Source: an uncultured bacterium (GTDB lineage Bacteria; Krumholzibacteriota; Krumholzibacteriia; LZORAL124-64-63). From it: a stretch of 64,000 nt of DNA. Location: positions 64,001-128,000 of the forward strand of contig CAVSZB010000004.1 of NCBI GenBank assembly GCA_963732385.1, given 5' to 3'. The notes beneath the pieces were generated by a model. It ran no database searches. It saw only the letters and a program-made list of their open reading frames with translations, and was not told the origin of the DNA. Below, one piece after another: positions 38,283 to 48,243 of the stretch; position 1 is the first letter of the stretch; the number at the start of each line of letters is the position of its first letter. Made by a program: the position numbers and the translations under genes.

Positions 38283-40571
38283 GTGCATGTCGCCTGGTCC
38301 CTGCCCCCCTGGGCCTGGCCGCTGCTGTCGGTGGCGGCGGTGGGGCTCACGGTCTGGGCGCACCGTCATTATGATCGGGCCGACCCCCGCCCGGTGCCGG
38401 TCGTTCGTCGCTGGCTGACCGGGCTCCGTGCCGCCACCTTCGTACTGCTTCTGCTCGCGCTGGCCGGCCCGACCGTCCTGCGGTCATGGCAGGAGACGCG
38501 GATCCCCGGAATCGTCGTCGTGATTGACGATTCGGCCAGCATGGACCTGCCGGACGGTCCGCAGGGCGAGACGCGCTGGTCGCGCGCGGTGCGTCTGGCG
38601 GCCCGGCTTGATTCTGTTTTGAGCCGGCGCGAGCCGGCCGCGCGGGTCCGTCTGCTGCGCGGCAACGGGCTGACCCCGGCTCGCGATCTCCGCGCCGCCG
38701 ATGGCACCCTGTCTCCACCCGGGGCGGTCGGCACCGATCTGGCGGCCCTGCTGCGGGAGGCCGCCGGCGGGGGCGAAGGGGATCCGCCCCGGGAGATCGT
38801 CTTGTTCACTGACGGTCACAATACCGAGGGGCGTACGGTCGCGGTAGGCGCGCTCGGCGGCCTGGGCGAGCCGGGGAACGCCGGTGGCGCGACACTGCTG
38901 GTCGTGGGTGTGGGTGACCCGGTCGGCCCCCCAGACCGGTTCCTGCAGGACCTGCGCTATCCCCGGACGGCCTACGTCGGGGAGGAGGCTCTGGTGGAGG
39001 TCGCCGTCGGCGGTCGGGGCGGGACGGCCGGGCGGGAGCCGATCACCGTGCGGCTGCGGGAAGGGGACCGCGTGGTCGCTGAGGGGACGACGCCGGCGCC
39101 GGAGGGGGACGGCGTGGTGACGGTCACGCTGCCCGTACGGCCCGCCATGCCCGGTCTGACGGTCTACGACCTGGAGATCGCTCCGCTCGACAACGAGCGT
39201 TACCTCACCAACAACCGGGCGACACTGGCCGTTGACGTGCGCCGCGATCCGGCACGCCTGCTGTTGCTGGCCGGTCGGCCCAACTGGGACGTCCGTTTCC
39301 TGGCGCAGGGGGCCGCGGCGGTCGGGCGGCTGCGTCTGGAGGTCGTGCGCGGCGGACCGGACGGCCCGGTACTTGCCGACAGCAACCGCGCCTGGCAGAC
39401 GCCCCGCACGGAGGCGGGCTGGCGCCGCTGGGACGGGATCGTGCTCGTGGGGTGGAGTGGCTTCGGCGCGGACTTTCCCTGGGAGATGCTGGCCGCGGCG
39501 GTGCGCGAGGGACGCGGTCTGCTGGTGCTGGCTGCCGACGATCCCGCGGCCCCGGGGCCGCCGGCCGCGTTGTCCGAGCTGCTGCCGGTGGACGGGCGTG
39601 GCGCCGTCTGGTGCGACGGGCCGCTGGCGCTGCGCCCGGTGGCGGACGCGGTGGAACATCCGCTGCTGGCCGGCCTCGACGGCGGTGCTGCGGCCGGCTC
39701 CGGGCTCGAAGGTGATCGTCTGCCGCCGCTGACCCGTCTCCTGGTGGTGCGGCCGCGGCCGACCGCGCAGGTGCTGCTCACGGCCGAGCCGTTGCCCGGC
39801 GCCCCCCCCGGCGCCGGGGGAACGTTGCTGGCGGCCGCGCGCGCGGGCGAGGGGCGGGTCGCCTGGTTCGGCGGCCGCGACCTCTGGCGGCTGGCCTTTT
39901 GGGAAAGTCCGCGATCCTCGCTCGCTGATCTTCCTCACCTCGGGCGCGGGCTGGTGCGGAACCTGCTCGTCTGGACGGCGAGTGGCGCCGCGACGACCGG
40001 CCTGAGTCTCGCCGGGGGACGGCAGGTGTTCGCGGAGGGGGAGCGTGTTCCGATCGAAGCGCGCGGCGACGACGGTCCCGGGCGCGACGGACCGGGCGGA
40101 CGACCACCGCTCTCGGTCCTCCTGCGTGCGCTCGAAGGACCGGCCGTCGGCCGGGAGCGGGTCTTTTCGCTGGAACTGGTGGCCGCTGATTCCTCCCGCG
40201 CCCGCACCGTGCTGCCGCCGCTACCGGCCGGCCGGTACGAGTTGATCGCGCTCGCCGGGGGCGCGCCGGTTCCGCAGAGTCGGGCGCGGGCGTTCGCGGT
40301 CGCGCCGCAGACACTCGAAGGGAGCCAGACCACCCAGGACCGTCGCAATCTGCGCGCGCTCGCGGCCGGGGCCGGCGGGGTTTTCCTGCCGGGCGAGACG
40401 GCCGATGCCTGGCGCCGTCTGACCGAGGCGTTCGACCGGCAGTCGCCGGAGTCCGGCACGCGGACGTTGCGCGGTCGCTGGGATCCGTTGAGCGGCTGGC
40501 CGCTGGTTCTGCTCGCCACGGTCCTGCTGGGCGCCGAGTGGGCGCTGCGGCGCAGCCAGGGTCTGTTGTAG
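38283..40571 (+). CDS. Membrane protein with vWA-like, Ig-like and glutamine-amidotransferase-like domains
   Basis: Two N-terminal TMs, DDSASM (MIDAS-like), GTDL, LFTDG, VGVGD, and a C-terminal TM ending EWALRR. Confidence 0.7.
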   Translation: MHVAWSLPPWAWPLLSVAAVGLTVWAHRHYDRADPRPVPVVRRWLTGLRAATFVLLLLALAGPTVLRSWQETRIPGIVVVIDDSASMDLPDGPQGETRWSRAVRLAARLDSVLSRREPAARVRLLRGNGLTPARDLRAADGTLSPPGAVGTDLAALLREAAGGGEGDPPREIVLFTDGHNTEGRTVAVGALGGLGEPGNAGGATLLVVGVGDPVGPPDRFLQDLRYPRTAYVGEEALVEVAVGGRGGTAGREPITVRLREGDRVVAEGTTPAPEGDGVVTVTLPVRPAMPGLTVYDLEIAPLDNERYLTNNRATLAVDVRRDPARLLLLAGRPNWDVRFLAQGAAAVGRLRLEVVRGGPDGPVLADSNRAWQTPRTEAGWRRWDGIVLVGWSGFGADFPWEMLAAAVREGRGLLVLAADDPAAPGPPAALSELLPVDGRGAVWCDGPLALRPVADAVEHPLLAGLDGGAAAGSGLEGDRLPPLTRLLVVRPRPTAQVLLTAEPLPGAPPGAGGTLLAAARAGEGRVAWFGGRDLWRLAFWESPRSSLADLPHLGRGLVRNLLVWTASGAATTGLSLAGGRQVFAEGERVPIEARGDDGPGRDGPGGRPPLSVLLRALEGPAVGRERVFSLELVAADSSRARTVLPPLPAGRYELIALAGGAPVPQSRARAFAVAPQTLEGSQTTQDRRNLRALAAGAGGVFLPGETADAWRRLTEAFDRQSPESGTRTLRGRWDPLSGWPLVLLATVLLGAEWALRRSQGLL

Positions 40572-40700
40572 CGCGCGTCTGGCGGCAGGCGCGCGGCGGA
40601 TACCTCCCCGATCGGTTCCTTCCCCTCCCGCGGCTGTTTGTCACGCATCGCCCCTGCCGGGGCCTTCGTCTCCTCCCGTCCCGCATTCCGGAGGTGCGCC

Positions 40701-42479
40701 GTGCGGAGCGGTCGGGGCAGGTTTGTTGCCACGCTGCGCCTGTCAGGCGCGGTGGCGCTCGTGACGCCGTGCTGGGCGGTGGCGGCCGTCGTGCTCAATG
40801 AGGTCCTGTACGATCCGTCCGGGGCGGACGCGGGCAAGGAGTTCATCGAACTCTTCAACCCGGGGCCGGCCGCCGTCTGCCTGGCCGGGTACCGTCTCCA
40901 GACGGCCAACGGCGCCGACAGCCCCCCCTCCTGGTCGACCCGCTGGACCGGCGCTCTGGCCGACACGATCGAATCTGGTGGCCGGTTCCTCGTCGTGGAC
41001 ACCGGCTGGACCGGTCCGCCGGCCGCCGCGGCGACGGCCACGCTCGCGCTGCAGAACGGTCCCGACGCGCTGCGTCTGGCGCGGCCCGGAACGTCCGATG
41101 ACCGGCTCGGCTACGGCTCCCTCGCGGCGCCCGATTTCTGCGAGGGGGCGCCCCATCCGGGCGTGCGCGCCGGACAGTCGCTGGCCCGGCGGCCCGATGG
41201 GCGCGACACGGACGACAACGCGGCCGATTGGGTGGGGCTCGACCTCCCGACGCCGGGAGCGCCGAACTTCGCGGCCCGTGCCGCCAAGGTGGAGTCGCTG
41301 ACGGCGGAGCCGCCTATGGCGGCGGCGGCCGGCTGGCCGGTGACCGTGGCGCTGCGCCTGCGCAACGTTGGTCTCGAGCCGCTGCCGGCCGGACTGATCC
41401 ACCTGCTCGTCCTGCCGGAGGGGGAACCTGGCGCGGCGGCCCAACCGGAATCGACCGCGGCCTGGCTGGAGGCGATCGGACCGGGCGAGGCCCGCGTGCT
41501 CAGCTTCGTCTGGACGCCGGCCGCCGAGGGGCGGCACCGGCTTCACCTGACCAGCGCCCCCGACTCGTGCGGCGTCGGACTGAGCCTTCCGGCAGGCGAC
41601 TATCAGGTGGGGCCGGCAGGTCCGTATCTCAGCGAGGTGATGGCCGCCCCGTCCACGGGCTGTTGCGAGTGGGTGGAGGTGGGCAACGCCGGCGCGGAGG
41701 CGTGCGCGCTGGGCGCGCTGCAGTGGCGCGACGAGGACAGCACCTGGCGGTCCCTGCCGCCGCGCGTGCTGATGCCTGGCGAACTGGTGGTGCTCGCCGC
41801 CGACGTGTCCAGACTGCTCGCGTGGTGGCGCGGCGCCGGCCGCGAGGGAGACGGGGAGTGTGGGGCGGCGAGTCTGGCGGAACGTTCGCTTGAGCCGTCC
41901 GGCGCCTGGCCGTCGCTCAACAACAGCCCGCCGTCTGGGCGCGCTTTTGCCGACCGGCTCCTGCTGGCCGACTCTGAGGGAACGGTGCTCGACTGCGTCG
42001 TGATCGGGGGCGACGGACTCGGCGTGCCGGCGGGACGCAGCCTCGAACGGGCGTACCTGCGGCCGCGAGGCCAGCCGGCGCGCAATTGGGGTCCGTCCAG
42101 CGCGGCCGCGGGCGCCACGCCCGGCTGTCCCAACGCCCTCTCACTCATGGCTCCGTCCGCGGTCGGGCCGGCGCTGAGGCCCAACCCGTTCGACCCTGCC
42201 ACGGGCGCCCTGCTGCATGTCCAGTTCTCTCTGGAGGGCCCGGAACGCGCGTGGGAGGCGAGGATCTTCGATCTGTGGGGACGGCATGTGCGCGATCTCG
42301 GGGGAGACGCGCTGGGACCCGGTCCACGGGATGCCGCCTGGGACGGACGGGACGATGGCGGCGAGGCGGTGGCGCCGGGCGGCTATGTGGTGGTCGTGCG
42401 GCGTTTCGCGGCTGATGGCGGGCTGCTCGGCAGCGCGCGCGGTCTGGCGGTCGTCGACGCGGAGCGGGGTCGGCCGTGA
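40701..42479 (+). CDS. Secreted lamin-tail-domain protein with FlgD/T9SS-type CTD
   Basis: Two LTDs (VLNEVLYDP...EFIELFN and LSEVMAAP...EWVEVGN); C-terminal PNPF...IFDLWGRHVR...WDGRD..G..V.PG.Y. Confidence 0.8.
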   Translation: MRSGRGRFVATLRLSGAVALVTPCWAVAAVVLNEVLYDPSGADAGKEFIELFNPGPAAVCLAGYRLQTANGADSPPSWSTRWTGALADTIESGGRFLVVDTGWTGPPAAAATATLALQNGPDALRLARPGTSDDRLGYGSLAAPDFCEGAPHPGVRAGQSLARRPDGRDTDDNAADWVGLDLPTPGAPNFAARAAKVESLTAEPPMAAAAGWPVTVALRLRNVGLEPLPAGLIHLLVLPEGEPGAAAQPESTAAWLEAIGPGEARVLSFVWTPAAEGRHRLHLTSAPDSCGVGLSLPAGDYQVGPAGPYLSEVMAAPSTGCCEWVEVGNAGAEACALGALQWRDEDSTWRSLPPRVLMPGELVVLAADVSRLLAWWRGAGREGDGECGAASLAERSLEPSGAWPSLNNSPPSGRAFADRLLLADSEGTVLDCVVIGGDGLGVPAGRSLERAYLRPRGQPARNWGPSSAAAGATPGCPNALSLMAPSAVGPALRPNPFDPATGALLHVQFSLEGPERAWEARIFDLWGRHVRDLGGDALGPGPRDAAWDGRDDGGEAVAPGGYVVVVRRFAADGGLLGSARGLAVVDAERGRP

Positions 42480-43270
42480 GGTGGCGGCGTGGCGCGATCG
42501 TAGCCGTTGTTTTCGCGTGGCTCGGCAGCGGATCGCCCGCGGTCGGCGGCGGCAGTCGTGATCTTCACGATGGCTGGCTCCTGCCGCCAGACCTGCTGCG
42601 TCCGTGGCTGGATCCCGGGCAGCGGGGGGGTGACACCGGTCCGTGGGTCGGGTTGGGACAGGCGCGCCTTTACGGGATGCCCGAACTGCCTCTGCGGGCA
42701 CTGGCGGTCGGATGGCGCGCTCCGCGGTGGCGCGCTGCCCTGTCCTGGCAGCGTCTGGGCGCCGAGTTGTTGGGCGAAGAACGGATCCGTGGGCAATTCC
42801 TGATCGGCGCGCGACAGGCGTTTGGTATGGCGGCGGGGTGGGATGCGTTGCGCCTTGCCGACGCGCCGTCCTGTCGTCAGCCGGTCGTGAACCTCGAACT
42901 GCGGGTGGCCGGGCCGGCGGGGACCCGGCTGACCGGCAGTCTGCCGCTGTTGCCGCCACCGGTCTGGTATGGGCGCGGCGGTGTGCGGCGCTGGTGGTCG
43001 CTCTCCGAAGCCAGTGGCGACGCGGCCTGGTGCCTCGCCCTGGACCGCGATGCGCGCGGTGCGCCGCTGCTGGAGGGGGAGGGGGCGGTGAGGGTGGCCG
43101 ACCGCTGTGGTCTCGGTCTGCGCTGGGAACCGGCCACCGGCGCGCTCGGCCTGACCACCGCCTGGCTGTGGCGGGGCCTGCTGCTGCGATCGTCGCACCT
43201 GGCCCATCCGGTACTCGGCGTGACTCACCGCTGGAGTCTGGGCGCCGGCCCGGGGGAGATGTGGCCTTGA
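42476..43270 (+). CDS. Putative small outer-membrane beta-barrel (PorV-like, divergent)
   Basis: Signal peptide; RLYGMPEL...G.ELL.E...HPVLGVTH pattern; alternating hydrophobic strands. Confidence 0.5.
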   Translation: MRWRRGAIVAVVFAWLGSGSPAVGGGSRDLHDGWLLPPDLLRPWLDPGQRGGDTGPWVGLGQARLYGMPELPLRALAVGWRAPRWRAALSWQRLGAELLGEERIRGQFLIGARQAFGMAAGWDALRLADAPSCRQPVVNLELRVAGPAGTRLTGSLPLLPPPVWYGRGGVRRWWSLSEASGDAAWCLALDRDARGAPLLEGEGAVRVADRCGLGLRWEPATGALGLTTAWLWRGLLLRSSHLAHPVLGVTHRWSLGAGPGEMWP

Positions 43271-44958
43271 CCGACCGCGCCCTGCTGGTGGTCGTTCTGG
43301 TGACGGCCGTCCTGACGCGCACGCCTGTCGCAAGCGGGCAGTCGTCCGGCGAAGACTCGACCGCCGCCGCGGGACCGGTCGCCTTCGCGGCCGACGAACG
43401 CAATGGCAATGAGCGAACGCCTGAGCAGGAGGAATTGGAGAGCGCCGAAGCGCTCCTGGGCCGCGCGGAGCTCGCTGAACTCGCGGCTCTTGCTGCTCCC
43501 GGAACGACCGGCGCGGAGTCGGACCAACGGAGCGTGCCGCGGGCGCGGTCCGGGGGGACACCGGGCTGGCAACTGTCCTGGCGGGGGGGTGGGTTGAGTG
43601 CGCCCTCCGGAACGACCCTGCGTCTCGAGGGGCGGCAAGGCCCGGCCCGGCTCCTGATCCGGCGGCGCGCGGCTGCGACGGGGGAGGTGGTATGGGGCGG
43701 AGGGCTGGAACTGCGGAGCGGGAACGAGGGCCTGGTCTGGGGCACGCTCGGCTGCCGCCACGGGCTGGGGCTGCTGGCCGCGGGCGCAGGACGTGGCGCA
43801 ACGCCCGCCGCCACCGTTTCCCTGGCGCCGACGGCGGCCGGGGTTCGCCTGCTTTCCGCGGGCGAGGCGGAGAGATCCCTGCGCGGGGTGTCCGGCTCTG
43901 TTGCCTGTGGACGGTGGAGTTTGACGGGGGCCGTGGGATCCCCTTCGGCGGAATCGGGGACGGCGGCCGGGGAGACGAATCGGGCAGTGAGCCTGGCCCG
44001 CCTCGCCTTTACCACCGCGCGGGGGGAGGCGGCGCTGCTGGTATGCGCTGGGGAGCAGGAAAGCGGCGCCAGTCTCGCGCTGACCGGCCGTGGTCCCGAC
44101 GCCTGGTATGCTGGCGAGGCCGCGTCGTGGCGCGCGGGGAGGGATGGCCGACCGGAGCTGGCCTGGGCGGCCGCCGCAGGGGCGCGACATGGCGGTTGGC
44201 TGATCGAGATGCAGGCTGCGGCCGCCGCTGCCGGTCGCGGTCCACGCCTTGGTCGACCGCCCCCCTGCCTGTCAGGGTGGGCCGGCAGTGGCTGGTGCGT
44301 GCGCGCATCGACCGCGCTCGGATCGCACGTGCGGGCGCAGGCGCTGTTCGCCAGTGCCCGGGAGAGGGATGAGGTCGATACCGGCGGTGTCACCACCTCC
44401 GGCCGCAGGCGTTGCGAGCTCGCGCTGGAGGCCGGCCGGCGAGCGGGTTGGACGGTCGACCTGCGACTGCGCCAGGTGATGCAGACGCTAGACGGCTGGC
44501 GGGATCGCAGCCCCTGGCTGCCGCCCGTCCGGCTGGAAGCGGAAAATCGGACGCAGGTAGTGGCGACCGTCGACGGCGCGCTGTCCGGCTGGAAGATCCG
44601 CCTGGCGGCTCGAGGACTGACAGTTGCGCAGATCGTGACCGGAGCGGAAGCCGAGGCCCCGCTCGCACGCGGGCTGGCCGAGGCGCGGGCCGAGCGCGTG
44701 CTCGGGGCCGGTTGGTCTCTCCGACTGGCCTGGGCCGGCGCCTGGGGCGGGCCGGCTGACCTGGCCTCGTGCGCCGCGCCGGCGTCCGGTCTGGCGGTGC
44801 CGCGGCGCTGGGGGCACTGGGCGGGGGAGCGGAGCGTCGGTTGTGCCCGCGCCGGCCGGCGTTGGACCATCGCCATGGGCGGTTGTCTGCGCCGGCCGGC
44901 CGATCCGGCGCTGCCGATGCAGTGTGAACTCTGGCAGCGCGCTGGGCTCAACTGGTGA
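43267..44958 (+). CDS. Putative outer-membrane barrel protein, resembling the ComEA/HhH-associated barrel family (divergent)
   Basis: TTG overlaps the upstream stop; signal peptide; G.GL and LRG motifs; terminal Trp. Confidence 0.45.
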   Translation: MTDRALLVVVLVTAVLTRTPVASGQSSGEDSTAAAGPVAFAADERNGNERTPEQEELESAEALLGRAELAELAALAAPGTTGAESDQRSVPRARSGGTPGWQLSWRGGGLSAPSGTTLRLEGRQGPARLLIRRRAAATGEVVWGGGLELRSGNEGLVWGTLGCRHGLGLLAAGAGRGATPAATVSLAPTAAGVRLLSAGEAERSLRGVSGSVACGRWSLTGAVGSPSAESGTAAGETNRAVSLARLAFTTARGEAALLVCAGEQESGASLALTGRGPDAWYAGEAASWRAGRDGRPELAWAAAAGARHGGWLIEMQAAAAAAGRGPRLGRPPPCLSGWAGSGWCVRASTALGSHVRAQALFASARERDEVDTGGVTTSGRRRCELALEAGRRAGWTVDLRLRQVMQTLDGWRDRSPWLPPVRLEAENRTQVVATVDGALSGWKIRLAARGLTVAQIVTGAEAEAPLARGLAEARAERVLGAGWSLRLAWAGAWGGPADLASCAAPASGLAVPRRWGHWAGERSVGCARAGRRWTIAMGGCLRRPADPALPMQCELWQRAGLNW

Positions 44959-45046
44959 AGCAACCGCGCCTAAATCGGGGTGCGCAACGGCCGATGCTTA
45001 GGATAGCGCCACAATGGCGCTCCGTTCATCCGCCTGGAGGCGCACC

Positions 45047-46867
45047 TTGGATCGCGAAGCGCGCGCGGCGCTGGAAGCGCTGCCGGTACAGCCTCTTTTG
45101 CAGGAATCGCCCGTTGCGGCCGGAGTGTGTCTCGACCCGGCGCTGCGGGCGGAGCTCGAAGGGCTGGCCGGCGCCACCGATTCCGTGGCAGACCGCTCCG
45201 ATCGCCTCTGGCACGCCCTGCGCAAGCGCCTTGGGCAGCCCGAAGTCCCGGAGTTGCTGCGGGGCGTGATGCTGCTGGCCAGGGCGGGCGATCCCTCCGG
45301 GGCCCGACTGCTGGCCGCCCTGCTGGACGTCCACGCTCCGGGCGCCGAGATGATCGCCCGCATCCACCGTTTCGACAGCACCCGTCGTCTCTTCGTGGCC
45401 GACCGGGCCGGCAGTCGTGGCGCGGCGGCTCCGGCGGCCTGGCGGCACCGGCTTGAGGAGGTGACCGCGATCTGTGCCGGGCGCACGGATGAGTTGCCGG
45501 GCGGGACACCGGCCCCCGTGCCGGGGCCACGCGGCGAACCGCCGCTGCCCCTGTTGCGCCGCTGGCTCGAGCACCTGCTGGCCGATCTGGCCCGGCATGG
45601 CGAACTCGAACCGCGAGGGGTGGACCTCCTGCTGGCTCTGTCGCGTTTGGAGGTGGATGCCTACGAAGAGCGGGTCAGCCGCGCTGCCGGCGCGGTCAAT
45701 CCGTATCTGGCGTCCGCCGTGTCGCGGGTATTGCCCCTGCTCGGCCAGGCGGACAGCGAGGTGCGTGCGATGCGGGAGTTCATCCACAGCATCGAGGCGG
45801 GTCGGGCCGGCGTGGCGTTCCGACGTCGTCTGCCCCGTCTGCACGAGGCGTTTTCGCCCGACGAACGTGGCGCGCTGCTCCGCTCGCTCGAGGGGCGCCC
45901 GGAACTTGTCGAAATGCTGTCGCTGCTGCGGGGAATCGAGCGCAATCCGGTGCCGATGCGGCGGCTCGCCGGCGCCGCGGCGCGCCTGATGGCGCTCGGC
46001 GCGCATCTGCGCGCGCGCGGTCTGCGCCGCTCTGACCTCGACCTGCTGACGGCCGTGGGCCTGGCCCAACGCTACGAGCGCGACGGCGAGGTGCACCTGC
46101 CGCTCGGCACCGATCTCGCGGCCACGGTCAGCGAACTGCTGGCCATCGCCCGCGGCGGTGTCCTCGACGGCGACGCTCAGGCGGCCGAGCCGGTGGAGGC
46201 GAGCGCCATGCTGACCGGACCCGCCGAGTTGCTGGCCCTGCCGCTCGGGGACGCCGAAGCAGCCGCGGCGCTGCTCAACGCCGGCTCAACGCCGGCCGCC
46301 GAAGCTGCCGGGGTTCAGGCCGAGCCGAGCGCGGGGGGATTGCTGACCTGGTCGCTCGATGGTTTCCGGCTGGGGGAGGGGGAACTGTTGCTGCGGGTGC
46401 CCCAGGAGGGACGCGTCGACCGCCCGTGGCGGCACGATCTGCCGGTTCCGATGGCGGACGAGATCGATCCCGCGACGCTGGCGGCCGTGCTCGACCCCGC
46501 CGCGTTGAAACGTCTCGTGCTGGCGAATCTGGACAACGTCAGTGTGACCACCGGCTTCCTGCGCAACGCGCGCGTGACCGCGATCCCCGGGATGGTGGCG
46601 GCAATCGTGACGCGCTGTCGCACGGCTCGCGTTCTCGATGTGATCGCCAACGATCGTAATCTCTACTCCGGGTTCGCCAACAAGGACGTGCCGCGTGCTC
46701 TCCTGTTGAGCCCCTGCAACATTCCGGTCAAGTCCCTGGCCAAGTTCATCCACGTCAAGTTCGTCCACCGGATGGACCTCCAGCGGATGGCCAAAGACAA
46801 GACAGGGATCCGCCGCGAGGTCATCAAGGAAATCCAGTCCTATCTCAATGCTCTCGGTGGCAACTGA
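45047..46867 (+). CDS. Hypothetical all-helical protein with conserved-looking basic C-terminal domain
   Basis: SD GGAGG before TTG; long ORF with strong GC3 bias; compositionally distinct C-terminal ~120 aa. Confidence 0.7.
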   Translation: MDREARAALEALPVQPLLQESPVAAGVCLDPALRAELEGLAGATDSVADRSDRLWHALRKRLGQPEVPELLRGVMLLARAGDPSGARLLAALLDVHAPGAEMIARIHRFDSTRRLFVADRAGSRGAAAPAAWRHRLEEVTAICAGRTDELPGGTPAPVPGPRGEPPLPLLRRWLEHLLADLARHGELEPRGVDLLLALSRLEVDAYEERVSRAAGAVNPYLASAVSRVLPLLGQADSEVRAMREFIHSIEAGRAGVAFRRRLPRLHEAFSPDERGALLRSLEGRPELVEMLSLLRGIERNPVPMRRLAGAAARLMALGAHLRARGLRRSDLDLLTAVGLAQRYERDGEVHLPLGTDLAATVSELLAIARGGVLDGDAQAAEPVEASAMLTGPAELLALPLGDAEAAAALLNAGSTPAAEAAGVQAEPSAGGLLTWSLDGFRLGEGELLLRVPQEGRVDRPWRHDLPVPMADEIDPATLAAVLDPAALKRLVLANLDNVSVTTGFLRNARVTAIPGMVAAIVTRCRTARVLDVIANDRNLYSGFANKDVPRALLLSPCNIPVKSLAKFIHVKFVHRMDLQRMAKDKTGIRREVIKEIQSYLNALGGN

Positions 46868-46915
46868 CCGCCGCCGACGGCAGCAAACTCAAGTGCGACA
46901 ACCTGTTTCGTAACC

Positions 46916-46946
46916 TTGACTTGTAGCGATCACGGGTCTAGGTTTG
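46916..46946 (+). promoter_or_regulatory. Promoter upstream of aminotransferase
   Basis: TTGACT-17 nt-TAGGTT; the -10 also reads TAGGTTTG (TAnnTTTG). Confidence 0.55.
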
Positions 46947-47008
46947 CCGGGAGCCGGCGAGCTGGGAATCGACGGCAGCGGGTGGCGACTCCGGCAAGGG
47001 AGCTTGCG

Positions 47009-48175
47009 ATGCTGGCGAAGCGGATGGAAAGGCTTGGTACCGAAACGGCGTTTGTCATTCTGGCGCGGGCGAAGGCTCTCGAAGCCCAGGGGCGCGACAT
47101 CGTTCACCTCGAGATCGGCGAGCCCGATTTCGACACCCCGGTGAACATCGTCGACAAGGCGGTCGAGGCGTTGCGCGGCGGCTTCACCCACTACGGTCCG
47201 GCCGCTGGTATGGTCGATGCCCGGCGCGCCTTCGCCGAATACATGGCGAAGGACCGCGGTCTGCCGGTCAAGCCTGAGCACATCGTCATCACGCCGGGTG
47301 GCAAGCCGATCATGTACTATGTGATGACCGCTCTCGTCGATGAGGGGGACGAGGTCATCTATCCGAACCCCGGTTTCCCGATCTACGAGTCGGTCATCAA
47401 TTTCCTCGGCGCCAGGGCAGTGCCACTGAAGCTGGCGGAGGAGAAGCAGTTCAACTTCGACGTCGCCGATCTCGAGCGGCTGATCAGCAGGAAAACGAAG
47501 CTGCTGATCATCAACTCGCCCCAGAACCCGACCGGCGGCGTGCTGACCGCGGCCGACCTCGACGCGATCGCCAAGCTGGCCGTGAAGCACGACTTCTGGG
47601 TGCTGTCGGACGAGATCTACAGCAAGATCATCTACGGCGGGAAGCACGAGTCGATCGCCACGCGACCGGGGATGCTGGAGCGGACGATCATCCTCGACGG
47701 CCATTCCAAGACCTACGCCATGACCGGCTGGCGGCTCGGCTTCGGCATGATGCCGGAGCTGCTTGCGCAGGCGGTGGCGAAGTTGCAGACCAACGTCGCC
47801 AGCTGCACGGCCAGCTTCACGCAGCTGGCCGGGGTCGAGGCGCTGACCGGTCCCCAGGACGCGGCGAAGGCGATGGTGGCCGAGTTCCAGGCCCGGCGGG
47901 ATCTGCTGGTCGACGGCCTCAACGCCATCGATGGCATCAGTTGCCAGCGGCCGCTCGGCGCGTTCTACGTCTTCCCGAACATCCAGCGACTCGGCCTGAC
48001 CAGCAAGGATGCCGAGACGCGGCTGCTCGACGAATTCGGCGTGGCGGCGCTCGCCGGCACGGCCTTCGGCGCCTTTGGCGAGGGGTACCTGCGCTTCAGC
48101 TACGCGAACAGCCGCGAGAATCTGCGCAAGGCGCTCACGCGGGTGGCAGATTTCGTCAAGTCGGTTCGTCGCTAG
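47009..48175 (+). CDS. PLP-dependent aminotransferase class I/II (aspartate aminotransferase-like)
   Basis: IGEPDFDTP, NSPQNPTG, SDEIY and SKTYAMTGWRLG. Confidence 0.93.
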   Translation: MLAKRMERLGTETAFVILARAKALEAQGRDIVHLEIGEPDFDTPVNIVDKAVEALRGGFTHYGPAAGMVDARRAFAEYMAKDRGLPVKPEHIVITPGGKPIMYYVMTALVDEGDEVIYPNPGFPIYESVINFLGARAVPLKLAEEKQFNFDVADLERLISRKTKLLIINSPQNPTGGVLTAADLDAIAKLAVKHDFWVLSDEIYSKIIYGGKHESIATRPGMLERTIILDGHSKTYAMTGWRLGFGMMPELLAQAVAKLQTNVASCTASFTQLAGVEALTGPQDAAKAMVAEFQARRDLLVDGLNAIDGISCQRPLGAFYVFPNIQRLGLTSKDAETRLLDEFGVAALAGTAFGAFGEGYLRFSYANSRENLRKALTRVADFVKSVRR

Positions 48176-48243
48176 GTCGCGGCGAACGTGGTTGCGGGGC
48201 CGTGCCCGCGCGGGCGCGGCCGCCGCGTTTCAGGGGGTTTCCC

